A stretch of 61,101 nucleotides of DNA from Lentisphaeria bacterium (GTDB taxonomy: Bacteria > Verrucomicrobiota > Lentisphaeria > Victivallales > Victivallaceae), in contig JAFVUZ010000028.1 of assembly GCA_017502435.1 (NCBI GenBank), positions 1 through 61,101 of the forward strand, given 5' to 3'. Both the position numbers and the translations under genes were made by a program. The notes under the pieces are model-generated. The model did not search any database. It was not told where the DNA came from and saw only the letters and a program-made list of their open reading frames with translations. Positions 39,630-49,535 of the stretch are shown here, piece after piece. Numbering within the stretch: the first letter of the stretch is position 1; each line of letters starts with the position of its first letter.

Positions 39630-41360
39630 ATGAACTTTTTTAAGAAAAAAACTGTTTCTTATAAAGGATACAGCGTTCCGGAAGACGAATCGTACCGTAT
39701 TTCTTTGACAAATACTGTACTGACCATGCTTTTGCTGATCGTCAGCGGGCTTGGTTTGAGTGCGGCATTTCCGCCTTTGAATTGGGAAGTGCTTGCTTTT
39801 GCGGCAGTTGCGTATCTGATAAAAACGGCGATGAAGATTGTCGTTTCGTGGAAGTTATTCATGTATGGATATTTGTGGAGTTTGACATGGAGTTTTTGTG
39901 CTTATTTCTGGCTGCGTGAAATAAATGTGTTTGTTCCGTTCGGGATTGCCGCCGTCAAAGGATTGTGGGGCGGGGTATATGCGGTGCTGGTATCTTTTGC
40001 CTGGCAATGGAGTTTCAGAAGCGAAAAAGTTCTGATGTCGGACTTCAAAATCCGTGAAAAATGCAGTTTGAAGTGGTACAAAGGATTGTTTTTTGCAATT
40101 TTCTGCAGTGCTTTGTTTATTGCACTTGAGTATATCCGTATCGGAATGTTTCCGTGGAATTTCATCGGTGTTACCCAGTATAAAATGCTCTATCTTATCC
40201 AGATTGTCAAATATACCGGAATTTACGGCGTAAGTTTCATGGTGCTCGGTGTCAATGCGGTGCTGGCTCTGGCAATATGGACCATTGAAAATAAAATGCG
40301 TTCAAAAGATGTTGAATGGCAGGGAGTTATTGCTCCTGCATTGTTTTTTGCCATATTGATAAGTGCCGTTTGCTGTTGGGGATATTTTGAGTGCAGAAAA
40401 GTTGAAAAAGATTATTTGAACGGCAGAAAAGTTCGTTTCGGAGTAGTGCAGGGGGATATTTCCCAGCGTCGTATCAGCAGTGCTGAAATGGCAAAGGAGG
40501 CACTGGATGTTTATATCAGACTGTCATACGAACTTGCTTCAGAAAAGCCGGATATTATCGTTTGGCCCGAAACTGCAGTTCCGTATCCTTATTTCGGGGG
40601 GAATTATGTTTCAGGATTGTACCGCAGCTATGTCTGGCAGTTTGTACGTTCAAAGAAAATTCCTCTGCTGACCGGGACTTTGGATTTTGTCAGAGTCGGC
40701 AGAAATGATTACGATATGACAAATTCCGCTTTACTGATCAACAGTCAGGGCAGAGTCGGTGCAAAATATGCCAAAATAAACCGTGTTCCATTCGGGGAAT
40801 TTATCCCCTTCAGCAAATATCTGCCGGAAAGCTGGATTGAGAAAATCGGCATGGGACGTGACCTCAGAGCCGGGACAAATGCCGCTCCATTGCCGATACT
40901 GCCCGGTGTCCGTGCAGGAATGGCGATCTGTTATGAAAGCATTTTTGCCTCGCTGGCACGGGATGAAGCAAATCTCGGTGCCAATATGCTGCTGGCAATA
41001 AATAATGACGCATGGTATCCGGAAAGTTCCGAACCTGAACAGCACGTTGCAAATGCACTTTTCCGTTGTGTTGAAACCGGCCTTCCGGCTTTGCGTTCAG
41101 GCAATAACGGGGCAAGTGTCTGGATTCTGCCGTCAGGCAGGATCGGCTGGCAGATGGATGAAAAATTGCTTGACCGTTCAAGAAAGATTGGCATTGCTGA
41201 CGGACTCGTTCAGGAAAGACCGGTCAAAACGTTTTACACACGTTACGGAGATGTTTTTCTGCTGCTGCTGTTTGTGGTGACAGCGGGAGTTTTATTATAT
41301 GGTTTTTATCAATATTTCTCCGTTTTGCATACTTTGCGGAGAGAAAATCAAGAGGAATAA
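39630..41360 (+). CDS. lnt: apolipoprotein N-acyltransferase
   Basis: Multi-TM N-terminal half plus a CN-hydrolase domain (VVWPETAVP, MAICYES catalytic Cys). ATG 39630 is preferred over the TTG at 39522. Confidence 0.9.
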   Translation: MNFFKKKTVSYKGYSVPEDESYRISLTNTVLTMLLLIVSGLGLSAAFPPLNWEVLAFAAVAYLIKTAMKIVVSWKLFMYGYLWSLTWSFCAYFWLREINVFVPFGIAAVKGLWGGVYAVLVSFAWQWSFRSEKVLMSDFKIREKCSLKWYKGLFFAIFCSALFIALEYIRIGMFPWNFIGVTQYKMLYLIQIVKYTGIYGVSFMVLGVNAVLALAIWTIENKMRSKDVEWQGVIAPALFFAILISAVCCWGYFECRKVEKDYLNGRKVRFGVVQGDISQRRISSAEMAKEALDVYIRLSYELASEKPDIIVWPETAVPYPYFGGNYVSGLYRSYVWQFVRSKKIPLLTGTLDFVRVGRNDYDMTNSALLINSQGRVGAKYAKINRVPFGEFIPFSKYLPESWIEKIGMGRDLRAGTNAAPLPILPGVRAGMAICYESIFASLARDEANLGANMLLAINNDAWYPESSEPEQHVANALFRCVETGLPALRSGNNGASVWILPSGRIGWQMDEKLLDRSRKIGIADGLVQERPVKTFYTRYGDVFLLLLFVVTAGVLLYGFYQYFSVLHTLRRENQEE

Positions 41361-41362
41361 AT

Positions 41363-43432
41363 ATGAAAAAAACAGATCAGATGATGTTTCGTAAAATCGG
41401 TTCATCACATCAGCCTTCACTTATGAATGCTGATGATATGAAAAAAATTATTGAACTTGATCACGCTCTCTGGGCGGTAAATTCAATTCCGAAAGATGCA
41501 GTGGTTGCAGACCCTGAATTTCTCACTTTTCTTGATACTGACGGCAATGGCAGAATCCGTCCGAATGAACTCCGTGCCGCATTGAAATGGCTGTTTGCAG
41601 TCTTGAAAGATTATTCCGGAATCAATGATAATTCCGATGTTTTGAAATTGGACGCCTTTGATGAAAATCATGCTGAAGGTCCGATGCTGCAGTCTGCAGT
41701 CAAATTGATTTTGAGCAATCTCAACCGTGCGGGCGAAACAGAAATCTCTCTTGCTGATTTGCGTAATACAGCCTCAATTATCGGTGCCGGCAACAGCAAC
41801 GGTGACGGAGTTGTTACTTTGGAAAATACCGAAGATGTTGATTTGGAACGCGTTATCGGCAATGTTATGAAAATTTGCGGTTCCAAAACAGATTTGAGTA
41901 CATTGCAGGGCATTGATACTGAACTTCTGGATGAATATCTGAAACGTGCGGCGGCACAACGTGACTGGCTGAAAGCCGGAGTTCAGCTTGAAATGGATTC
42001 TGTTTACAAGGAAAAAGCGGGCGACTTTTTCAAAATTTATCAGGCGGTCATGGATAAACTTAATGAATATTTCATGCTTTGCGGTGCTTTGACAAATGAA
42101 GATGAGGAACGTTTTGCCGCCCAGATCAAACTTGACCCGAAGAACGTTCAGGCTGTGCAGGAGTTTATTCAGAACGCTCCCATTGCTCAACTCAGTGCCG
42201 TCAAACAGCTTGACATGAGTCGCTGGGTAAATCCGCTGTGGCTCAATAAACTTAAAGATTTTATGGCAGAAGCTTTTGAAGTCGGTGCAATTGCTTCCGA
42301 ATCAATTCTGACTGTTGATGAATGGAACTTAGTTGTCAGCAATTTTGCCGCCCGTCTGCAGTGGAGCAGTACCGGTGCGGATGAAAAATTTGCAGGTATG
42401 AGCATTGAAGATATTGAGCTTGATCTCGCTGAAAATACTGTCACAAAATTGCGTGCACTTATTGAATATGACAAATCTGTTTCTTCAGAGATCAAGGCTC
42501 TTGAAACTTTGCGAAAACTGGCACTTTATCAGAAATATATGCTCCGTTTTGTCAATAATTTTGTTTCGCTTTCTGAGCTTTTCGATCCCAATGTTTTGAG
42601 TATGGTTCAGCCGGGATATGTGGTTATGGGCGGACGTTATTTTGCACTTAATGTCTGTGTCAGCAATCTTGCCGAGCACAAAAAAATCATTCAACGCAGT
42701 AATATCTGTGTCATGTATCTTGCTTTGGAAAGTACTGTTAATAAAGAAGTTCGCAAAATGACCATTGCCAGTGCTGTAACTTCCGGTACGATGCGGAACA
42801 TTTTTGTCGGTAAATGCGGAATTTTTTATGCCGGAGACGGCACTGAATATGACGCCAAGGTCATTGATTTGGTTCAGCAGCCGGTTTCATTTGTAGAGGC
42901 ACTTCTCCAGCCGTTCTATTCGTTTGGCAGTTTCATGACCAAACAGGCGGACAAATTTTTCTCCACCCGTTCGAAAGATGTTGAAACTGCGGTCAATAAG
43001 CAGGTCAATACCGCCGCCAAGGGTGATGCTTCCAAACTTATGAATACGCAGGAGGTCAAACAGACTCCGGCAATCAGCGGTTCAATGCTTCTTATGGGCG
43101 GCGGCGTCGGTCTGGCAGCCCTCGGTTCATCCGTGGCGTTTATAACCAATACTCTCAAAGGAGTTCCGGTCTGGAATATTGTAGCGGTGCTTTTTGGTAT
43201 TGCATTAACTATCAGTGCCCCGATGATGCTGGTTTCAATAGTTAAATTGCAGAACCGCCGGATTTCTGATTTCTTTGCTGCCGGCGGCTGGGCAGTCAAT
43301 CTGCATATGCGTCTGAGCCGCAAAATGGGACTGCTTTTCACCCGTAAACCGCATATTCCATTCTGTGCAATTTTGCGTGGCGACCTGGTAAATATGCTTA
43401 AATATGAGGGTGTAACACGCAAAAAGAAATAA
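41363..43432 (+). CDS. EF-hand-containing, C-terminally membrane-anchored protein of unknown function
   Basis: Canonical EF loop DTDGNGRIRPNE (41534-41569) and a second loop-like NSNGDGVVTLEN (41792-41827). Two C-terminal TM helices. It starts 2 nt after the lnt stop. Confidence 0.75.
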   Translation: MKKTDQMMFRKIGSSHQPSLMNADDMKKIIELDHALWAVNSIPKDAVVADPEFLTFLDTDGNGRIRPNELRAALKWLFAVLKDYSGINDNSDVLKLDAFDENHAEGPMLQSAVKLILSNLNRAGETEISLADLRNTASIIGAGNSNGDGVVTLENTEDVDLERVIGNVMKICGSKTDLSTLQGIDTELLDEYLKRAAAQRDWLKAGVQLEMDSVYKEKAGDFFKIYQAVMDKLNEYFMLCGALTNEDEERFAAQIKLDPKNVQAVQEFIQNAPIAQLSAVKQLDMSRWVNPLWLNKLKDFMAEAFEVGAIASESILTVDEWNLVVSNFAARLQWSSTGADEKFAGMSIEDIELDLAENTVTKLRALIEYDKSVSSEIKALETLRKLALYQKYMLRFVNNFVSLSELFDPNVLSMVQPGYVVMGGRYFALNVCVSNLAEHKKIIQRSNICVMYLALESTVNKEVRKMTIASAVTSGTMRNIFVGKCGIFYAGDGTEYDAKVIDLVQQPVSFVEALLQPFYSFGSFMTKQADKFFSTRSKDVETAVNKQVNTAAKGDASKLMNTQEVKQTPAISGSMLLMGGGVGLAALGSSVAFITNTLKGVPVWNIVAVLFGIALTISAPMMLVSIVKLQNRRISDFFAAGGWAVNLHMRLSRKMGLLFTRKPHIPFCAILRGDLVNMLKYEGVTRKKK

Positions 43433-43553
43433 AAAAGTATAAATATTATATGATTTTCGGTTTAAAAAGTCATAAAGTGTGTTATATTTAAATTATTTAA
43501 TAACAGTTATCAATATTCAATTTTTTTGAAAAAAAGAAAGGAGTTATCGGAGA

Positions 43554-45851
43554 ATGAGTATTATTGACTGGCTGATCGTAATAATTCCGGTAGGATTTAT
43601 TATGTATATGGCTTATTATGTCAGACGTTTTATCACAGGGGTATCAGATTTTCTGGTATGCGGACGTGTATGCCGCCGTTTTGTTATTTCCACGGCGAAC
43701 ATGGCGAATGCTCTCGGTTTGATTACGCTGATTGCATATATTGAGGTTCATTACAAAACCGGTTTTGCGTTGACATTCTGGAACAGTATCACGTTCCCGC
43801 TGGGACTTGGAATGTCGCTTTTCGGTTATTGTTTTTACCGTTTCCGTGAAACAAGGGTTATGAGTATCGGTCAGCTGCTGGAAATGCGTTACAACAGACC
43901 TTTGCGTATTTTTGCAAGTTTTCTGCGTTCGATTGCGGAAATGATGGCAAATATCATCATGCCTGCAATTGCCGCACGTTTTTTTATTGCATATTTGGAT
44001 CTGCCGCAGAAAGTATCGCTTTTCGGTCTCGAAATTCCGACTTTTATGATAATAGTTTTGGTTCTGCTGACACTGGCTATTGCTATTATCTACATGGGCG
44101 GTATGCTGGCTATCAATGTTACTGATACGATTCAGGGTATTATCTGTTTTCCGGTCATTACCATATTTGTCATCTATTTTCTGGTCAAACTGTCATGGCC
44201 GAATGAAATTGCACAGGTATTGGTTGACCGTGTCCCGGGTGAAAGTTTTATCAATCCGTATGACATCAGCAAATTGAGAGATTTCAATCTTTTTATGCTG
44301 CTGACCAGCATTATGAGTCTTGTTTTGAATGCACTGGCAGGTTATACCGGCAACAGTAACTCTTCCATCAGTGCACATGAATCAAAAATGGCAAGTGTTA
44401 TTGCGACATGGCGTGGTGCATTCACCTTTATTTTCTTCATTATTTTTGCACTTGCGATCATTACTATCATGAATCATGTCAATTTTGCCAAGGAGGCAAA
44501 AGATATCCGTGTTTCAATCTCAGAAAATATTGCCGAGGAACTTATTCCCAATATTACTGAACGTGAAAAGTTTATGAATGTCATCAAGGCAATTCCCGCC
44601 TCAACTCACGTTGTCGGCAAGGGGACTCCGATGTCTCAAGAGCAGAATGCAGATACCGTTTATTTTGAAACTGCACAGAAATATTTCGGAACAGATGGTT
44701 CCGGAAGTTCCAAAACTCAGCAGTACAAAACACTTTTCGGTCAGTTGATGCTGCCTGCAGTTATGCGTCATATTCTGCCGGTCGGACTTTCAGGACTTTT
44801 CTGTCTGATGATTGTGATATTTATTATTTCTACTGATGACAGTCGAATATACAGTGCCTGTTCAACTCTGGTACAGGACTGTGTGGTTCCGTTTTACAAA
44901 AACGGACAGTTGTCACCGCAAGCACATATCCGCTGGATTCGCGGCATTGCTATATTTATTGGAATATTCTTTTTCTGCGGATCGTTTTTCATGTCGCAGA
45001 TCGACTATATCAATATGTTTGTGCAGATCATGTATGGTATGTGGATGGGCGGCTGCGGTCCGATGCTGCTTTTCGGTATTTATTCCAGATTCGGAACGAC
45101 AGCGGGAGCATGGGCATCACTGTTGTCCGGTATGTTTGTAAGTTTCTGCGGTATTTTCCTGCAGCGTGGATGGGCGAAAACGATTTATCCGTGGCTTGAG
45201 GAAAATGGTATGGTTGAAGCTGTCGGCAATTTCCTTGAAACTGTTTCCGGTCCTTTCAATCCCTACATTGTCTGGGAAATGAACCGTTTGAAATGTCCGA
45301 TCAATGCATACGAATTTTTCTTTATGTCAATGGTTGTTTCTCTGGCTGTTTATTGGATCGTTTCAGCGATAACTTTCCGCAAGCCGTTCAATCTGGATCG
45401 TATGCTGCACCGCGGTATTTATTCTGTTGAAGGCGAAAAGAAAAAAGCTGAAAAAATCACTATAAAAACTATCTGGGGTAAACTTATCGGATTTACTCCC
45501 GAACATACCAGAGGCGATAGAATTTTAGTTGTTTCAGTTTTCTGCTACACATTTGTTTACAAGTTCTTTCTGGCATTTATCTGTGTAGTTATCTGGAACG
45601 CTATTTCTCCGTGGCCGCTGAAGTGGTGGGGAAATTATTTTCTGATTGTCAGTCTGGTGATTCCAGGTATTGCGGCCGCATTCTCAACTGTATGGTTCAG
45701 TATCGGCAGTACGATCGACTTGAGACGTCTGTTTGAAGCGTTGAGAAACCGTGTTGCCAATCCGCTTGACAACGGTATGGTTGACGGAGAAGTCGCCATA
45801 TCTGAAAAACAGAAATTTGAAGAACTTGAAAAAGAAAAAACAGATAAATAA
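43554..45851 (+). CDS. sodium:solute symporter (SSF) family transporter, unusually long
   Basis: Many TM helices with SSF-like N-terminal organisation, 765 aa. GGAG RBS and an extended -10 (TGTTATATT at 43480-43488) upstream. Confidence 0.8.
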   Translation: MSIIDWLIVIIPVGFIMYMAYYVRRFITGVSDFLVCGRVCRRFVISTANMANALGLITLIAYIEVHYKTGFALTFWNSITFPLGLGMSLFGYCFYRFRETRVMSIGQLLEMRYNRPLRIFASFLRSIAEMMANIIMPAIAARFFIAYLDLPQKVSLFGLEIPTFMIIVLVLLTLAIAIIYMGGMLAINVTDTIQGIICFPVITIFVIYFLVKLSWPNEIAQVLVDRVPGESFINPYDISKLRDFNLFMLLTSIMSLVLNALAGYTGNSNSSISAHESKMASVIATWRGAFTFIFFIIFALAIITIMNHVNFAKEAKDIRVSISENIAEELIPNITEREKFMNVIKAIPASTHVVGKGTPMSQEQNADTVYFETAQKYFGTDGSGSSKTQQYKTLFGQLMLPAVMRHILPVGLSGLFCLMIVIFIISTDDSRIYSACSTLVQDCVVPFYKNGQLSPQAHIRWIRGIAIFIGIFFFCGSFFMSQIDYINMFVQIMYGMWMGGCGPMLLFGIYSRFGTTAGAWASLLSGMFVSFCGIFLQRGWAKTIYPWLEENGMVEAVGNFLETVSGPFNPYIVWEMNRLKCPINAYEFFFMSMVVSLAVYWIVSAITFRKPFNLDRMLHRGIYSVEGEKKKAEKITIKTIWGKLIGFTPEHTRGDRILVVSVFCYTFVYKFFLAFICVVIWNAISPWPLKWWGNYFLIVSLVIPGIAAAFSTVWFSIGSTIDLRRLFEALRNRVANPLDNGMVDGEVAISEKQKFEELEKEKTDK

Positions 45852-45879
45852 TTCTGTATCATTCTGAATACAAGTTTGA

Positions 45880-45913
45880 AGCAGGAAAATCGCGGTATTT
45901 TCCTGCTTTTTTT
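45880..45913 (+). terminator. rho-independent terminator of the SSF gene
   Basis: 11-bp perfect stem AGCAGGAAAAT (45880-45890) / ATTTTCCTGCT (45897-45907) with loop CGCGGT, followed by a T-run. It is nested in an outer inverted repeat TTCTGAATA (45862-45870) / TATTCAGAA (45913-45921). Confidence 0.8.
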
Positions 45914-45979
45914 ATTCAGAATTTGTTTTTTCTGAATTTTATTGTATATTATTGCAATTTTGTTATCCGGAGGTTTTTT

Positions 45980-46867
45980 GTGTTTATTGGAATTTTATTT
46001 CTGGTTCTGACCAGTATTTTGTGGGTGGTACAGGGAGCTGTCGTCAGTGTGGCGGCGGAGAAAAAATTGAATCTTTCGGCGATTCAAACTTTTATGGCTT
46101 TTATTATCATGTGTTTGACATTGCCGCTTTTTTTCGTTGCCGGTAAAGTAAATATTATCATTGTTATTGCCCTGATTGTCGGCGGTATTTGCAATTGCGG
46201 AGCAAATCTGCTGATGAATCTGGCAATGAAAAATGGTCCTCACGGCATGACCTGGGCGATTTCTCAAAGTGCTTTTGTAATACCTTTTATCATGGGTATC
46301 TTTGTTTTTAAAGTTCCGTGTTCTCCGATTCGTGCCGCAGGAATTATTCTGCTGTTGATTTCAATGGCAGTCATGGGGATTTACGGCAAAAAAGATGATG
46401 GAGGGCAGGGGACCGGTAAATTCAAATGGATTATTTTCTGCGTACTTGCATATATTGTTATTGGAATGTCACAGTGCGGCGGCAGTTTGCCATCATATTT
46501 CATTGCTGATTCAGTCAGCAGTATATCCAATGTGCTTTTCCGTGTAGGCTTGTTGTGTACGGGGATTTTCATCGGAGGATTGCTTAACTGGATGTTTGTT
46601 GACCATATTCCGGTATGCAGAAACGGTTTTGCAAAACAGACTTTTTTGTTGACCGCCAGTACAATTACATCAAGTCTTTTGACATTTAAAGCGTTTGATA
46701 TTATTACCGGATATGATGCCGGAGCGATCGGCTATCCGGTCATAACCGGTTTGTCCATTGCATTTTTCTTTGTCTATACCGCAGTTAAACTTAAAGAAAA
46801 ACTGTCAATTCCTGCAATTATCGGAGTTTTGCTCTGTCTATCAGGGATTGCCGGAATTATTTTTTAA
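45980..46867 (+). CDS. DMT (EamA-like) superfamily membrane transporter
   Basis: About 10 predicted TM helices in two halves. GTG 45980 sits 6 nt after GGAGG. The ORF-track start at 45923 gives an implausible N-terminus. Confidence 0.7.
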   Translation: MFIGILFLVLTSILWVVQGAVVSVAAEKKLNLSAIQTFMAFIIMCLTLPLFFVAGKVNIIIVIALIVGGICNCGANLLMNLAMKNGPHGMTWAISQSAFVIPFIMGIFVFKVPCSPIRAAGIILLLISMAVMGIYGKKDDGGQGTGKFKWIIFCVLAYIVIGMSQCGGSLPSYFIADSVSSISNVLFRVGLLCTGIFIGGLLNWMFVDHIPVCRNGFAKQTFLLTASTITSSLLTFKAFDIITGYDAGAIGYPVITGLSIAFFFVYTAVKLKEKLSIPAIIGVLLCLSGIAGIIF

Positions 46868-46870
46868 TAC

Positions 46871-46968
46871 CGCTCTGTTCCCAATTTTATACAACGCCTG
46901 ATTTTTTTTAATCCTTGAACGCCTGAAATTCTCCAAATCCCTTATCCTATCGCAATAGGAACAGAGCG
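46871..46968. repeat. 98-bp MITE-like element with perfect 11-bp terminal inverted repeats
   Basis: CGCTCTGTTCC (46871-46881) / GGAACAGAGCG (46958-46968). Internal direct repeat AACGCCTGA x2 (46893, 46918). Internal hairpin TCCTAT-CGCA-ATAGGA (46945-46960). It lies between convergent genes. Confidence 0.6.
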
Positions 46969-46984
46969 ATTCATAAAAATCACA

Positions 46985-48049
46985 TTATTTTTCTCTGGAA
47001 TATAAATATTCGACAAGTTTTTCGAGATTTTTTCTGCCGCTGTTCATCGGGAAGTGTGAGAGTGCATCGAGAGCTCCTTCAAAGCAGTGATTTACTTCAG
47101 CTTTGACAAAGTCGTATGCACCTGAACGCTGCATGGCGTTGCGTGCGGCGGCAATGTCTGCTTCGGATAAATCGTTTCTGCCGATGAGGCTGCGGATTAT
47201 TTCAACGGAAATATCGTCGCCCATTTCGAGAGTTTTGAGCAAAAGAACGGTCGGTTTGCGTTCGCGGAGGTCGGAGCCTATGTCTTTGCCGAGTTTTGCG
47301 GCTTCTCCGAAAGTTCCGAGAACATCATCCTGCATCTGAAAACCTCTGCCGAGATAGAGGGCAAAATCTGAAATTTTTTCAAATTCACGGCCTTTGCTGT
47401 ATCCCGTTGCCGCCATTGCACCAAGTTCGCAGGCACAGCGGAAAAGTGCCCCGGTTTTAAGGTCTATCATGTGCATTATTTCACAAACTTCAATATCGTC
47501 CAGATCTTTGACTGCCAGTTCAACGTCAAGTGCTTCGCCGCTGATGAGTTCGGTATTTGCCCGCAGTTCCATACGGCGAACCATCTGCAGAATGAGACCG
47601 GGATCAAGATTGGCTTCAATTCCGCCGCGGATAAGAATATCAATTGCCCACCCCTGCTGCAGGTCGCCGCAGAGCAGTGCCATATCCTTGCCGTATTTTT
47701 CCGGCTGAATATTTTCCTCAAATGCAGATTTTGCGGTTTCCGCCAGAGCAATATGCGTAGTCGGAGCGTTACGCCGCATGATGTCGCCGTCAATGATATC
47801 GTCATGTACAAGAGTCCAGTTGTGCCATATTTCGAGAGCGGCGGCACATTTTTCCAGACCGGGGCGGTCGATGCCGCCGCACATATTGAAGCACCAGTAA
47901 AAGAGGGCAGGACGCAATCTTTTGCCGCCTCTGGTCGGGTAATCGAACATTGCCTCACGGAGATAATCGGGGCGTATATTTTTGCCGTAATCGTCATTTT
48001 TTACGGTTTCGGTAATTTTATCTGCGATTTTTTTAATATCTTCAAGCAT
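46985..48049 (-). CDS. polyprenyl diphosphate synthase (GGPP/long-chain type)
   Basis: First Asp-rich motif LVHDDIIDGD and second Asp-rich motif FQMQDDVLG. Confidence 0.9.
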   Translation of the reverse strand: MLEDIKKIADKITETVKNDDYGKNIRPDYLREAMFDYPTRGGKRLRPALFYWCFNMCGGIDRPGLEKCAAALEIWHNWTLVHDDIIDGDIMRRNAPTTHIALAETAKSAFEENIQPEKYGKDMALLCGDLQQGWAIDILIRGGIEANLDPGLILQMVRRMELRANTELISGEALDVELAVKDLDDIEVCEIMHMIDLKTGALFRCACELGAMAATGYSKGREFEKISDFALYLGRGFQMQDDVLGTFGEAAKLGKDIGSDLRERKPTVLLLKTLEMGDDISVEIIRSLIGRNDLSEADIAAARNAMQRSGAYDFVKAEVNHCFEGALDALSHFPMNSGRKNLEKLVEYLYSREK

Positions 48050-48125
48050 TTTTGGGGGATCCTTTCATGTTTCTTCTAAAAAATAATACTTTTTTTGAAA
48101 AGGTCAAATTTTTTTTGATAATTTC

Positions 48126-48153
48126 TTGAATAGTTTTGAGTTTAATGTATAAT
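48126..48153 (+). promoter_or_regulatory. sigma70-like promoter of the efflux operon
   Basis: TTGAAT (48126-48131), 16-nt spacer, TATAAT (48148-48153). Confidence 0.55.
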
Positions 48154-48212
48154 ATAGTAATGATAATTTCGTTGTATGAAGTGTAATTTTCAGTTTATAT
48201 AAAGGGAAAAAT

Positions 48213-49526
48213 ATGAAAAAAATTTTATTAACGCTGGTTGCAGCAGTCGCTGCAGTCCTTGTCATCTGGGGTGTCTGGAGTATTGTCAAAGGTAAATTTT
48301 TCAAAACTTCAGCAAAAATGGTTTTCCGTACCGAAAAGTTGAGCCGCAATGACGTCGTAAGATCAATTTCAGCCACCGGAACTGTTGAGCCGGAGGAACT
48401 TATCAATGTCGGTGCTCAGGTCAACGGCAGAATCATGCAGTTTGGAACCGACATTGACGGCAAAACTGTCGATTACGGCTCAAAAGTCAAAAAAGGTGCG
48501 GTTCTCGCCCTCATCGATGACGTGATTTATAAATCCGAACTTCAGCAGGCACAGGCCAGCCGTGAACAGGCAAAAGCAGCAATCATGACCGCCGAAGCCT
48601 CAATCAAAGAGTGCAGTGCCAATGAAATCCGTGCCAAAAATGAGTGGGAACGCGTGCAGTCTCTCGCCGCAAAAAAAATCATGTCAGGCAGTGAATCCGA
48701 TAATGCCAGAGCAACTTATCTTGCTTCACTCGCTCAAAGTGCCAAAGCCCGTGCTTCTCTGGCTCAGGCCAAAGCCCAGCTGGCAAGTGCCGAAGCAGTT
48801 CTTGTCAAAGCGGAACGCAATCTTGAATACTGCTCAATCGTTTCTCCGGTTGACGGAATCATTATTGACCGCCGTGTAAGTATCGGTCAGACTGTTGTTT
48901 CCAATCAGACAGCTTCAAGTATGTTTCTTGTTGCCAAAGATTTCAAGAAAATGCAGGTCTGGGTTTCTGTTAATGAAGCTGACATCGGTGCCATAAAACC
49001 CGGAATGCCGGTTCGTTTTTCCTGTGATGCTTTCCCGAATGAAATGTTTAACGGCGTTGTTCACCGTATCCGCATGAATGCAACACTTTCCTCCAATGTC
49101 GTGACTTATATTGTTGAGGTCAATGCTCCCAATGATAATCTGCGTCTGCTGCCTTATCTGACAGCCAATGTCAAATTCATCCGCGGAGAACGCAAAAATG
49201 TTCTGGCAGTTCCCAATGCACTTCTGCGTTTTGTACCTCCTGCAAATCTGCTTGATAAATCCGTTCCCATGCCGGAGGTCAAGAGCCGCCGTGAGGCAAT
49301 TCTCTATGTTGAACGCAGCAAAGGCAAACTCGCTCCTGTAAAAGTAAAAGTAGGTATGAATAACGGTGCTTTGGCTGAAATTATCACCGATGAATTGAAA
49401 GAGGGGGATCTGCTGGTAAGCGGAGTCGATTTTATTTCCGGAAATGCTCCCGCCCAGTCCGGCAATCTCAAAAATCCGTTCCTGCCGACTCCGACCCGCC
49501 GCCGCGGTAATCCCCAGAGAAAGTAA
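48213..49526 (+). CDS. efflux transporter periplasmic adaptor (HlyD/MacA-like membrane fusion protein)
   Basis: N-terminal anchor, a long coiled-coil hairpin (AQASREQAKAA...AKAQLASAEA), then barrel-sandwich and beta-barrel segments typical of MFPs. Confidence 0.9.
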   Translation: MKKILLTLVAAVAAVLVIWGVWSIVKGKFFKTSAKMVFRTEKLSRNDVVRSISATGTVEPEELINVGAQVNGRIMQFGTDIDGKTVDYGSKVKKGAVLALIDDVIYKSELQQAQASREQAKAAIMTAEASIKECSANEIRAKNEWERVQSLAAKKIMSGSESDNARATYLASLAQSAKARASLAQAKAQLASAEAVLVKAERNLEYCSIVSPVDGIIIDRRVSIGQTVVSNQTASSMFLVAKDFKKMQVWVSVNEADIGAIKPGMPVRFSCDAFPNEMFNGVVHRIRMNATLSSNVVTYIVEVNAPNDNLRLLPYLTANVKFIRGERKNVLAVPNALLRFVPPANLLDKSVPMPEVKSRREAILYVERSKGKLAPVKVKVGMNNGALAEIITDELKEGDLLVSGVDFISGNAPAQSGNLKNPFLPTPTRRRGNPQRK

Positions 49527-49535
49527 GGTTTGAAT

